This document shows, piece after piece, positions 11,354 to 21,516 of a stretch of 64,000 bases of DNA. Numbering within the stretch: position 1 is the stretch's first letter; each line of letters opens with the position of its first letter. The notes under the pieces were generated by a model. It worked only from the letters and a program-made list of their open reading frames with translations, ran no database searches and was not told the origin of the DNA. A program made the position numbers and the translations under genes. Source of the DNA: an uncultured Actinomycetota bacterium (GTDB taxonomy: Bacteria > Actinomycetota > Actinomycetes > JBEVHX01); the NCBI GenBank assembly GCA_963836025.1, contig CAWIIE010000015.1:99676-163675 (forward strand). Direction: 5' to 3'.

Positions 11354-11554
11354 ATGATTGAACTGCATCAGCTCACAAAGAGATACGGCGACAAGCTCGC
11401 CGTCGACGCCATCAGCGCCACCATCCGGCCGGGTGTCGTCACCGGCTTCCTCGGTCCCAACGGGGCCGGCAAGTCGACGACGATGCGAATGATCCTCGGC
11501 CTGGACGGGCCGACTTCCGGAGCCGCGCTGGTCAACGGCCGACCATACGTTTAG
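11354..11554 (+). pseudogene. 5' fragment of an ABC transporter ATP-binding protein
   Basis: [18 protein letters not shown]...[10 protein letters not shown] Walker A; stops after 66 aa with no continuation. Confidence 0.85.
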
Positions 11555-11569
11555 GCGCCGGCCCCTCGG

Positions 11570-12340
11570 TGCCACGGTCGGCGCCGTCGTCGGTGAGCTC
11601 CGTGTCGTCTTTCGCACGACGTCCCCGTCGCGCTAGGCCGGCGAGTCGATTTGTCGCAGACTCCTGCATGGGTGCGATGTGCATTGGCGCGTTGAAACCA
11701 GCAGGCAGCCCTCTCTTACGCTCGGGGTGTGCACGCAGACAGGTACATCGATCGTCAGGCCGACTTCAAGGTAGTGGTCACCTCGAGATTGTGGGTCGAT
11801 CCGGGACGGCCTCAACGCGGTTCCTCCTCGCGCTTCGCGCTGCGGGGGCTCCGTGACCCCGCCCCTTGGCTCGACGCTGCCCAAAGCCGTCCGCGCCGGC
11901 CGAACAACGCGTAGGGAAAACCCTTGCCCTCACTAGCTCCGTCAGGGATGCCCGATCGGTATGCCGATGAGAAAGCCTGCTGCCGAATGTCCTTGCGTTC
12001 CCCGTCGTCTACTACAGCGTGCTTTGCGCGGACGGCGTCGTCGCCGGATCGCGCCGCGCGTCTTTGGCGGTGTGTCCCGGCGCAACCCGGCTGCCGAGCC
12101 GGAGCCAGGTTCACCCGCGCCGCCGTCCCTCAAGTGCTACTCGTACCAGCTGTACGCGGCCGCGGGCTGAACGAGCCTGTTCTGGCTGCAGCGGATCCGT
12201 CAGCCCACGCTCGTGCTCGCCGGCGACGACGACCCCAACGTCCCCGCGCAGAACGGCTGGCTCCTCGGGGCGCTCATCCCAGAAGCACAGCTGAACGTCG
12301 TACGCGGGGGCAGGCACTTGTTCCTGCTCGAGCATGGCGC
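11570..12340 (+). pseudogene. Decayed third PhaZ-like alpha/beta hydrolase
   Basis: PPSLKCYSYQLYAAAG*TSLFWLQRIRQPTLVLAGDDDPNVP...GGRHLFLLE aligns with the 6031 and 21497 genes; in-frame stop; 5' boundary approximate. Confidence 0.7.
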
Positions 12341-12571
12341 CCGTTGCCGACCACTTCCTGTCCCAGTGACGTCACGCCCTGCCCAGTGCAGCTGACCGGC
12401 CAGGCGACTCGCGTCGCCCTCGTTCGCTAGGGTGCGAGGCGCGATCACCCGACTGGCCGGGCGGGTGCGCGAATCCGGTCCCGGGACCAGGAGCGCGGCC
12501 ATGATGAGCAACGCCCTGCGCGTCACTGCCGAGGCCGAGCGCCAGGCAGGCAAGGCCAAGGCGCTCGGCGG

Positions 12572-13630
12572 ATGACAGCGCCGCCCCGTCGTCGGGCGGA
12601 CGAGGTCGCGTCACCGCGACGCGGCGAGGGCCCTTCCCCGACGACCGCCGAAGCCGCACCACGCGCGACGAACCCGGTCATGCTGATGAACCCGAGGTCG
12701 GGCGGCGGGAAGGTGACGAGGTTCGGGCTCGCCGATCGCTGCCATGAGCTCGGTGTGGAGCCGGTCGTGCTCGGTCCCGATGATGACCTGCTGCAGTTGG
12801 CGGAGGACGCCGTCGCGCGGGGGTGCGACCTCCTCGGCATGGCCGGCGGCGACGGCTCCCAGGCGCTGGTCGCCTCCGTCGCGGCCCGCCACCGCATCCC
12901 ATTGGTCGTCGTCCCCGCCGGCACGCGCAACCACTTCGCCTTGGACCTCGGCGTCGGAACCGGCGTCGTCCGCTCGCTGTCGGCGTTCGTCGATGGCGTC
13001 GACGGCCAAGTCGACCTTGCCGAGATCAACGGCCGGGTGTTCGTGAACAACGCGTCGATGGGGGCGTACGCCGAGCTGGTCCGGTCGCCGAACTACCGCG
13101 GGGCCAAGTTTCGCACCGCCGTCGAGCTGCTGCCCGACCTTGTGCTCCCGTCGGCTGCGCCCGTCCACCTGCGGTACAGGCTGCCGAGCGGCGAGCAGGC
13201 CACGACCGCGCAGGTGCTGCTCGTGTCGAACAATCCGTACCAGCTGTCCACGCTGCGTCACGGCGCGGGTCGCCCGCGACTCGACCGGGGCGTCCTTGGT
13301 GTGGTCTCGGTAGCGGTCCCCGGCCGCGCGGAGGCTGACCTGCTCGCCAAGCTCGACGCGGCCGCGCAGAACGAGCGGTTCCCGGGGTGGCACGAGTGGA
13401 CGACGACGGAGTTCGACGTCGCGTCGGGGCAACCCGTCGCCCTGGGAGTCGACGGCGAGGCGCTCACGCTCGACGCCCCGCTGCACTTCGTGACCCGGCC
13501 GCGCGCACTGGTCGTCCGCGTCCCGCGGCTCCGGACGACGCGGCGTCCGAAGCCGCTGCTGGCCGCCGGCGGCCCGCGGCCGTCGCCGTTCGCCGCGCTG
13601 TCGCGGCTGGCCGCAGGTCGCGAGGGCTGA
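12572..13630 (+). CDS. Diacylglycerol/lipid kinase family protein
   Basis: NPRSGGG, AGGDGS, PAGTRNHFA, FVNNASMG and VDGE; start uncertain. Confidence 0.88.
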   Translation: MTAPPRRRADEVASPRRGEGPSPTTAEAAPRATNPVMLMNPRSGGGKVTRFGLADRCHELGVEPVVLGPDDDLLQLAEDAVARGCDLLGMAGGDGSQALVASVAARHRIPLVVVPAGTRNHFALDLGVGTGVVRSLSAFVDGVDGQVDLAEINGRVFVNNASMGAYAELVRSPNYRGAKFRTAVELLPDLVLPSAAPVHLRYRLPSGEQATTAQVLLVSNNPYQLSTLRHGAGRPRLDRGVLGVVSVAVPGRAEADLLAKLDAAAQNERFPGWHEWTTTEFDVASGQPVALGVDGEALTLDAPLHFVTRPRALVVRVPRLRTTRRPKPLLAAGGPRPSPFAALSRLAAGREG

Positions 13631-13631
13631 G

Positions 13632-14321
13632 GTGGACGAGCGGGCGGACGAGGAGGCGGTCCTGCCCGACCGCGTTGCGTCGTCGGCGGTCGGCGGCAAC
13701 GACCCGGTCGAGGACTGGCTGGCCCGGCGGCTCGTGGAAGCGGGCCTGGCGGAGCCGACCGACGCGCTGGTCCGGGTGCTGCGTCGGCTGGGCCGGTGGG
13801 ACCGCCTGACGTACGTGGCCGTGGCCGGGATGTCGACGCCATTGCTCGATGAGCCGATGCGGATCGCGTCGCGGGGGGCCGACCACTCCAAGCCGTGGTT
13901 CGCCACCGCGGCGGTGGTCGCGGCAGTGGGCGGTTCGACAGGCCGCCGGGCGGCGCTGACCGGGTTGGCGGCCGTGGGTGCGACGTCCTTCGTCGTTAAC
14001 CAGCCGATGAAGCTCGCCGGGTCGCGACGGCGGCCCGACCGGCTCGCGATGCGCGTCCCGGTCTCACGGTGGGTCCCGATGCCGTCGTCGACGTCGTTCC
14101 CGTCGGGGCACGCGGCGTCCGCAGCCGCGTTCGCCGTCGCCGTCGGGGACGTCATCCCGCGCCTGCGCCTCCCGCTGCGGGTCGCGGCTGCGATAGTGGG
14201 CTTCTCGCGCGTCTACACGGGCGTCCACTACCCCGGCGACGTCATCATCGGCGCTGTGACGGGAGCCGTCATCGGGCGAGCGACGTCCCGCGTCGCCCGG
14301 CGAATCACGCGGCCCACCTGA
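13632..14321 (+). CDS. PAP2 family phosphatase
   Basis: K-x6-RP, SFPSGH and SRVYTGVHYPGD motifs. Confidence 0.92.
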   Translation: MDERADEEAVLPDRVASSAVGGNDPVEDWLARRLVEAGLAEPTDALVRVLRRLGRWDRLTYVAVAGMSTPLLDEPMRIASRGADHSKPWFATAAVVAAVGGSTGRRAALTGLAAVGATSFVVNQPMKLAGSRRRPDRLAMRVPVSRWVPMPSSTSFPSGHAASAAAFAVAVGDVIPRLRLPLRVAAAIVGFSRVYTGVHYPGDVIIGAVTGAVIGRATSRVARRITRPT

Positions 14322-14750
14322 TCGGCAGCCTACGTCTCCATTGCCGGCATCGGCACGCGGGCGAGCTGCGGGCGTCAGTGGCTCCGACGCCGAGCAGGCG
14401 CAGGCACGCCTCGGTCAGTTCGTCCACCGAGTTGTCGTCGGCGCGTCCCGGCTCGCGCTCGCCGACCCGCAGCAGACCGAGGAGCCCGCCAGCGACGGCG
14501 CTCAGCGCGATCTCAGCATCCGCAACGGTGAAGCCGCCGGCGGCCTGCCCGGCCCGGATTTCACGAAGCGCAGCAGACCGAGGAACGCGCGCGTCGAGCA
14601 TCCCCACGTCCGCGGCCCGAGTGATCTCGAGGACGGGAGCGTTGAGTCGCCCAACCGCGATGAAGGACTGCGCAGCTTTGATCAACACTGCACGGCCGCG
14701 TGCCGTGCGACGCGCCGGGCGGGACGGGCAAAGGTGGCCATGCGCTCACG
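14305..14750 (-). pseudogene. Internally deleted TetR (paralog 2)
   Basis: LIKAAQSFIAVGRLNAPVLEITRAADVGM joins directly to the C-terminal part AGGFTVADAEIAL...LRLLGV; the GSFYNHF recognition helix and middle region are missing. Confidence 0.8.
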
Positions 14751-14781
14751 GGCCATTCCCCAGATGCGGTTCTGTCAGAAC

Positions 14782-14866
14782 TGACGACTCTTTCATCTAG
14801 CCACTCACTGAGGATTTCGTCATCTGCTACTTGACGATGGTAGCATCATGAGTGACAATATCATCA
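14782..14866 (+). promoter_or_regulatory. phaC promoter with operators
   Basis: TGAGGATTTCGTCA (14809-14822), TTGACG-N17-GACAAT and TGACAATATCATCA (14853-14866); a weaker third site at 14782. Confidence 0.85.
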
Positions 14867-14884
14867 TTCTCAGAGGAGCGACGG

Positions 14885-16653
14885 ATGACTGATCACCGGG
14901 ACGCCCATAAGGACCGCGAGCGCGACGCAACTTCGCATTCGGCGCTGCAGCGGCAGATGGGCGAAAGCACAAGTGTGGACGACCGGTCGGGGGGACGGGC
15001 CGAGCCGTTCGACGTCCTGCTCGCCGCCGCCGCCTTGGGCACGCCTCGCCGCTTCTTTCCCGGCGTAGCCGGGGCCAAGCTGGCTTGGGGGCTGGCTCGC
15101 CGGCCAGGGACCGTGGCCCGGCGTGGATGGGCACTGACAGCGGAACTCGGCCGAATCACCGCTGGCACCTCGACGATCGAGCCGTCACCGCGCGACCGAC
15201 GTTTCACCGACCCCGCCTGGGCCGGCAATCCGCTGTTGCACCGCCTTGCCCAGGCCTATCTGGCGGGGAGTGAATCAGCGCAGATCCTGCTCGAGGATGC
15301 GGACCTGGACTGGGCATCGGCGCAGCGGATGGGGTTCATCACGGAGAACCTCGTCGAGGCAGTGGCGCCGTCGAACTTCCCGTTGACCAACCCGGAGGCA
15401 CTCAAGGCGGCGATTGATACCGGCGGGCGCAACTTCGTCCGCGGGGCCGTCAACTTCCTCAGTGATATGTCGGCGCCGCCGAGGATTCCCAGCATGGTGG
15501 ACTCGGCGCCCTACCGGCTGGGCGAGAACATCGCAGCGACTCCCGGAGCGGTGGTGCTCCGGACCGAGATGTTCGAACTCCTCCAGTACAAGCCGGCAAC
15601 GGACACCGTACTCAGCACCCCGCTGCTGATCGTTCCGCCGATGATCAACAAGTTCTACGCGGTCGACCTCGCACCGAGCCGCAGCATGGTGGAGTTCCTC
15701 GTGCAGCAGGGCGTGCAGGTGTTCCTGGTGTCGTGGCGCAACCCGGACGCACGGCACCGCGACTGGGGGATGGACCGGTATGCCCAGGCCATCCTCGACG
15801 CTCTGGACGCGGTCGGGCGGATCACGGGCGAAGAGCGGGCCGTACTCTATGGTGCTTGCTCCGGCGGCATCCTCGCCGCCATGACGGCTGCGCACCTGAG
15901 CGCCAGCGGACAGGCCGACCGGCTAGCCGGGCTGACGCTGGTCGTGACCGTCCTCGACCAGTCCCGAGCTGGCCTGGCCAGCTCCGTCGTAGACCGGCGC
16001 ACGGCGGAAGCGGCGGCCGCGGTGTCGGCTCGGAGGGGCTACCTGGACGGACGGACCCTCGCCGAGGTGTTCGCCTGGCTGCGGCCCGGAGATCTGATCT
16101 GGAACTACTGGGTGAACAACTACCTGCTCGGCCGGCAACCGCCGGCGTTCGACATCCTGTTCTGGAACAGCGATGTGACCAGGATGCCAGCGCGGCTGCA
16201 CCGCGACTTCCTCGAGATGTCGGTCGAGAACTCCCTCGTCAAGCAGGGTGAGGCACAACTGCTGGGAACACCCGTGGACCTCAGCTCGATCAAGACCGAT
16301 TCCTATGTGCTGGCCGGCTCGCGGACCATCTGTGCGACTGGGAGTCCTGCTACCGCACCGCGCACCTGCTCGGCGGCCAGACCCGGTTCGTTCTCTCCAC
16401 CAGCGGGCACATCGCCGCGATCGTCAACCCGCCGGGCAACCCCAAGGCGAAGTACCAGGTGTCCGAGCAGAACCCGGAGAACCCGCAGCGCTTCCTGAAG
16501 GAGGCGCAGCAGATGGACGGGACCTGGTGGCACGACTACGCCGATTGGCTCAGGGAACGTTGCGGGCCCGAGATCGCCGCCCCCAGCGAGCTGGGCGGCG
16601 GCGGCCTGGAACCCCTTGCCGACGCACCTGGCACCTACGTCCTCGAGAAGTAA
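14885..16653 (+). CDS. phaC: PHA synthase, class II-like (frameshift ~16320)
   Basis: DRRFTDPAW, PPMINKFY, SWRNP, GACSGG lipase box, WLRPGDLIWNYWVNNYLLG; then DHLCDW, SGHIA, GTWW and APGTYV in a shifted frame; GAGGAG RBS. Confidence 0.93.
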
Positions 16654-16817
16654 GAGCTTCGAGAGACTGACGACATCGGGCAAGCCGCGGACGGACCACC
16701 TCCTGATCGCGAGCAACTGCTCGACATGCCTCTGACGGAGAGCACCCGATCGCCGGCCCGGGGAACCCGGCAGCAGCGGGCTACAACCCCGCTCACACAC
16801 AAACAGGAGGTAGGGAC

Positions 16818-17559
16818 ATGGCAGACATGACCGGACAGGTGGCGCTCGTCACCGGCGGCGTGCGGGGCATCGGTCTGGCCATCTGCGAACGGCTCGCCCG
16901 CCGCGGCGTGGTCGTCGCAGCCGGCTACTCGCGCGATAAGGAGGCCGCCGACCAGTTTCTCGGCGCATTCCAGGACCGCGGCGGCACGCGTCCACCAAGG
17001 GAACATCGGTTCTCCCGAGGACTGCGAGCGAGTCATCCAGGAGGTCCTTGACCAACACGGGAGGCTCGACATCCTCGTCAACAATGCCGGCATCACCGTC
17101 GACAAGACGGTGCGGCGGATGACGCCTGAGGAATGGGATCGCGTCGTGCAGGTCAATTTGTCGGGTGCGTTCTACCTGTCACGGGCGATCCTGCAGCACA
17201 TGCTCGACCGGTCCTATGGCCGCATCATCAACATCAGCTCGGTGATCGGCTCGTCGGGCAACATCGGCCAGGCCAATTACGCCGCTGCGAAGTCCGGCAT
17301 GTTTGGCCTCACCATGAGCCTCGCACTGGAAACCGCCCGCAACGGCATCACCGTCAACGCCGTGACGCCGGGCGTCATCACCACCGACATGACCGCGTCG
17401 GTGCCGGAGGAGGCAGCGGCGAAGGTACTCGCCAAGATCCCCGTGGGCCGTCTCGGCGAGCCAGAAGAGGTCGCGCGAGTTGTCGAATTCCTCGCCTCCC
17501 CGGCCTCGAGCTACATCACCGGCCAGGTTTACGCCGTCAATGGCGGCTTGTACATGTAG
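16818..17559 (+). CDS. phaB: Acetoacetyl-CoA / 3-oxoacyl reductase (frameshift ~16985)
   Basis: TGGVRGIG, NNAGIT, GNIGQANYAAAKSG and VNGGLYM; AGGAGG RBS; directly after phaC. Confidence 0.85.
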
Positions 17560-18081
17560 CAGCCCATGCATCGGCAGGGCATCCGTGATCGGAGCGCACT
17601 GTAGCGCGCTTCCCCCGCCGCCAACGCCGCGCCCGGTCACGGCGCTCGCCGGTCCCGAGGCGGATCGCGCGACCATGTCTCGCCGGCGCCAACCCTGAGC
17701 CAGGCCGACGGCAATCGCCTCGGCGTTGCGCGCCAAGTGTGTCCAGGCTTCTGGCCGACAATCACCGCGATCCGTCCCGCCGACACCGACGGAGACCGGA
17801 CCGAGCCCGATCCGGCCCGGACCCCTGCGCCGACCGATCCTGCCGTAGCCGGACTACGTCAGCGGCGATGCGGCGGTCATCGCCCCGTTCATCAGGTCGT
17901 TCGCCGCGGCGCTCGGCAGGCGGCACCTGCAAGCCACATCCTCTTCCACAGCTGTAGCAAGGGGCCTATCGAGCCTGCGACTCGGTCCGCGCCCCACTCG
18001 CGAGGTCGTCGACGGGCCGGGCCGGTCACGGGTGAGTCGGGCACGCGCATCTTGGTGCCACTCGGCCGTGCCGCAGCACGG

Positions 18082-18110
18082 AAGAGCCGCCGGTGCTGGC
18101 GGCGGCTCTT
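18082..18110 (-). terminator. Hairpin downstream of the micro-ORF
   Basis: Perfect 11-bp stem AAGAGCCGCCG-N7-CGGCGGCTCTT, 9 nt past the stop codon; weak U-tract. Confidence 0.7.
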
Positions 18111-18119
18111 TGGCGGATC

Positions 18120-18212
18120 TCAGTAGGGCAGGGTCTTGCCGGACGGGGTACGAAGGTCGACCGGAGCCGGACCCGAGCGCGGGACTTGTTTCGCGATCTG
18201 GATTTGCTTCAC
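18120..18212 (-). CDS. 30-aa micropeptide MKQIQIAKQVPRSGPAPVDLRTPSGKTLPY
   Basis: GTG start 9 nt after GGAGGAG; upstream promoter and operator; downstream hairpin; shorter than any ORF in the supplied track. Confidence 0.7.
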   Translation of the reverse strand: MKQIQIAKQVPRSGPAPVDLRTPSGKTLPY

Positions 18213-18276
18213 CGACGCTCACTCCTCCGGTCCGAACGTCAACTGCAACGAGCCCGACTGCGAAATGGATCTTAAC

Positions 18277-18318
18277 TGATGATTTCATCAATGTAGAGAT
18301 TATGATCACTCCTGTCAA
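18277..18318 (-). promoter_or_regulatory. Sigma70-type promoter with operator
   Basis: Minus strand TTGACA-N17-TACATT, directly followed by TGATGAAATCATCA (18277-18290). Confidence 0.85.
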
Positions 18319-18830
18319 GCCCTCGATAAGATTCGTGTCACGCTTTCTCGGTTGTCGCCTGGGCGCTCGGCGGGCTCGGCCTCGCCCGAGCTGTCGCCGT
18401 GGCCGGCACGCAGCGGCTGGCTCACCCCCGGCGCGGGCACGGTGGGCCGACTACGGGCGCATCGGGCTGCTCGAGTTCGCGGCGGTGTGATCGGCCTCGC
18501 CGCTGGGGGACTCGCGCCCGGCGGCGCGGCTCTCGCCGCCGCCGGCCTCCATCTCCTGCGGGGCGGCGCAATCGCGAGCCCATCTAAACGGGCGACGGTG
18601 CGGGCGGACGGGAGGGCTGCCGCGCAGGTTCCTGGCGCCGGATCCACCCGGTGCCAGGCCTGCGGGCGCGTCCCGGGCGGCAGCACACCCCCGCCAAACG
18701 CGGCTCCCATGGCGGTGACGGGCCCGGCGACGTCACCTGGTAGGAGCGCCCTGCCCAAACGCGGAGCTCGGCGACGGGCTGACGCCGTCCCAGGGGAGCT
18801 GTGGGCCGGTGCGGCGACCGGCGGTGCAGG

Positions 18831-19502
18831 TCAGCGGGGTGCGGGCAGCTTCGCGACCGGCAGCGGGGCGTGCGCCAGCCCGCGCGCCTCATCGAAGGGC
18901 ACGCCGAGCATGCGCAGCAGCTGTTCGACCAGTTGATCACAGGCCGCGTCATCGACCAGGTCGGGATCCGTCAGCGCCATCTGCAGCGTGGCCAGCACCG
19001 CACCGGAGCTGGCGGCTCGGACTAACCGCGGCTCGGCCTCGAGGAACCGGCCCGATGCCATGCCCGCCCGGATATCGCGCAGCAAGCGCGGCGCCACCCC
19101 GCCCTCGGACTCCATGTAGTGCATCCCGTGCCGGACGAGCACCGCGGAAATCTGCGGGCGACTGCGACACAGCCGTAGCGTCAGCCGTGTCGACTGGGCG
19201 TAGGCCATGGCGGGGTCCTGGACGTCCATGCTGAGCCGGTCGAACAACTCCCCCAGCTCCTCCAGCACATCGTCGACCGCCGCTTCGAAGAGCTCAGTCT
19301 TGGTGGAGAAGTGGTTGTAGAACGAGCCGAACCCGACGTCGGCAGCATCGGTGATCTCCTGGATGCTGGCCTGCGTGGCGGTGCCGGCCGCGAGCATGAC
19401 CCGTGCGGCGTCGATCAGCATTTGCCGTGTCCGCGCCTTGCGCCGCTCGCCCCGGGAGAGCGGTGCCGCTTCCCCGGCTGCCGGCTCCGACCCGGCGGTC
19501 AT
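18831..19502 (-). CDS. TetR/AcrR family regulator (paralog 3)
   Basis: RRKARTRQMLIDAA...ITDAADVGFGSFYNHFSTKTELFEAAV; alignable with the 5253 gene throughout. Confidence 0.92.
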   Translation of the reverse strand: MTAGSEPAAGEAAPLSRGERRKARTRQMLIDAARVMLAAGTATQASIQEITDAADVGFGSFYNHFSTKTELFEAAVDDVLEELGELFDRLSMDVQDPAMAYAQSTRLTLRLCRSRPQISAVLVRHGMHYMESEGGVAPRLLRDIRAGMASGRFLEAEPRLVRAASSGAVLATLQMALTDPDLVDDAACDQLVEQLLRMLGVPFDEARGLAHAPLPVAKLPAPR

Positions 19503-19560
19503 CACGTCAGCACCCTTGGGCGGAAACGCTTCCGATGGCTTCACTGTGACCCGGCTCTCC

Positions 19561-19620
19561 TGAGGATTGACGAGGAGTTCTCACATAGATGATGTCATCA
19601 TCTCTGATCAGCGTCCTCAT
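19561..19620. promoter_or_regulatory. Degenerate operator sites upstream of TetR paralog 3
   Basis: AGATGATGTCATCA (19587-19600) plus weaker half-sites; TTGACG at 19567. Confidence 0.5.
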
Positions 19621-20109
19621 CGCCAGTAGCTCGGGGATGAGCCTCGCCACCAACACCTCCCCGGTGCGCCCGGTGAACCGTCACATGAACCTGCACAGCG
19701 AGCGAGGTGCAGACGAACCCCGGTCGCAGCGCCGAGCAAGCCGAGCACGCCGCCGCAGATGCACGTGGTGAAGGTGCCCTGGGCCGTGAGGATCGCGTCG
19801 GTCCGCGCGAAGGCGCACGCGACGAAGGTGACCGGGATCAGGAAAATGCGAGCAGGATGACTGTCGGGACGAGGTTGGGGCTTCCGATCGCGAAGATGAC
19901 CGGCCCGGTCTCTACTGCATCGCCCCGGGTTTGCTACAGGTCGGTTGCGCCGCGAGCGGCTGCTCGACGGCCCGTTGAGTCGACGGAAGTATCCGGCTTC
20001 GACCTCCGCAGGGGTCCGATAGAACACCGTGGTCCAGCCCTGCGTGGTCATGTCCAGCCGATGTTGCCCCCGGTGCCCGTCACCGGCACCGAGCCGCCGA
20101 GATCGGCGG

Positions 20110-20265
20110 TCGCAGTCGGCGATGAAGCCTGTGGCGCGTTCGGTTTTGCCGCTGTGCCCGGCGACGATCGCGGCGCCCTGGCCGGCGAAGCTGTGCCAGA
20201 TGGCCGCACCGATGCCGCGGGTGCCCCCGGTCACCAGCGCGACTCGCCCGGTGAGTTTGGTGCCT
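20110..20265 (-). pseudogene. N-terminal remnant of a second PhaB/FabG-like SDR
   Basis: TKLTGRVALVTGGTRGIGAAI...AGQGAAIVAGHSG, after which similarity is lost. Confidence 0.7.
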
Positions 20266-20328
20266 ACGATCGGTGTGGGAGTAGGCCTCGTGTCGGCGGC
20301 AGCGACTCTCGCGAGAAGGTGGGGTGTG

Positions 20329-21516
20329 ATGACGACCGACAACATCGGCCGGGGCCGAGGCACCGACTACTACTTGATCGCTGAGCAGCTGACCGAGTCC
20401 GAGATGGGCTATCTGAGGCGCGCTCAGCAGTTCGTCGACAACGACGTGCTGCCGGTGATCAACGGCTACTGGGAGCGGGCCGAGTTCCCGTTCGAGCTGG
20501 TCGAGAAGCTCGCCAAGCTGGACATCGTCGGCGACGGGATCGAGGGGTACGGCTGTCCGCCGATGAGCCCGATCGCCGCGGGTCTGGTGAACATGGAGCT
20601 GCACCGCGGTGACGGGAGCCTGGGCACGTTCCATGGCGTGCACTGCGGTCTGGCGATGAGGTCGATCTCAATGCTGGGGTCGGAGGAGCAGAAGCAGCGC
20701 TGGCTGCCGCCGATGGCCCGGTTGGAGAAGATCGGTGCGTTCGCGCTGACCGAACCGGCGCACGGGTCGGACTCGATCGCCCTGGAGTCGTCGGCGCGAC
20801 GCGAGGGTGACGAGTGGGTGCTGAACGGCCACAAGCGGTGGATCGGCAACGGTTCGATCGCCGATGTCGTGGTCGTGTGGGCCCGCGACCAGGAGGACGG
20901 TCAGGTCAAAGGGTTCCTGGTCGAGAAGGGCACACCGGGCTACGAGCCGACGGTGATCGAGGGCAAGGTGGCGCTGCGCTCGGTCTGGAACGCGGACATC
21001 GTCATCAGCGACTGCCGGGTTCCCGAGGCGAACCGGCTGGTCGACGCTCTCTCGTTTAAGGACACCGCGGCCGTCCTGGCCGGCACGCGCAACACCGTGG
21101 CATGGGCATCGCTTGGGCACGCCGTGGCCGCATACGAGATCGCGCTCACGTATGCGAAGCAGCGGCAGCAGTTCGGCAAGCCGTTGGTTGGTTTCCAGCT
21201 GGTCCAGGACAAGCTGGTCGCGATGCTGTGCGAAGTGACCGCGATGCAGCTGTACTGCCTGCGCCTCGGGCGACTGATCGAGGATGGCCGGTTCACCGAC
21301 ACCATCGCCGCGCTGGCCAAACTGAACAACACGGTGAAGGCCCGCCAGGTGTGCGCCATGGCCAGGGAGATCCTCGGCGGGAACGGCATCCTGCTCGATT
21401 ACCATGTCGTGCGCCACATGGCCGACATGGAGGCGCTGTACACCTACGAGGGGACGGCCGAGATTCAGACGTTGATCGTCGGGCGCGACATCACCGGTGT
21501 TGGAGCCTTTGCGTAG
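20329..21516 (+). CDS. Acyl-CoA dehydrogenase (glutaryl-CoA dehydrogenase-like clade)
   Basis: FALTEPAHGSD, LNGHKRWIGNG, RQQFGKPL, ILGGNG and TYEGT. Confidence 0.92.
   Translation: MTTDNIGRGRGTDYYLIAEQLTESEMGYLRRAQQFVDNDVLPVINGYWERAEFPFELVEKLAKLDIVGDGIEGYGCPPMSPIAAGLVNMELHRGDGSLGTFHGVHCGLAMRSISMLGSEEQKQRWLPPMARLEKIGAFALTEPAHGSDSIALESSARREGDEWVLNGHKRWIGNGSIADVVVVWARDQEDGQVKGFLVEKGTPGYEPTVIEGKVALRSVWNADIVISDCRVPEANRLVDALSFKDTAAVLAGTRNTVAWASLGHAVAAYEIALTYAKQRQQFGKPLVGFQLVQDKLVAMLCEVTAMQLYCLRLGRLIEDGRFTDTIAALAKLNNTVKARQVCAMAREILGGNGILLDYHVVRHMADMEALYTYEGTAEIQTLIVGRDITGVGAFA

Noticed and set aside
10343-11554. SDR and ABC ATPase fusion ORF
   Set aside because: Frameshift read-through; the SDR ends at 11321 in another frame and the ATPase is a separate truncated fragment.
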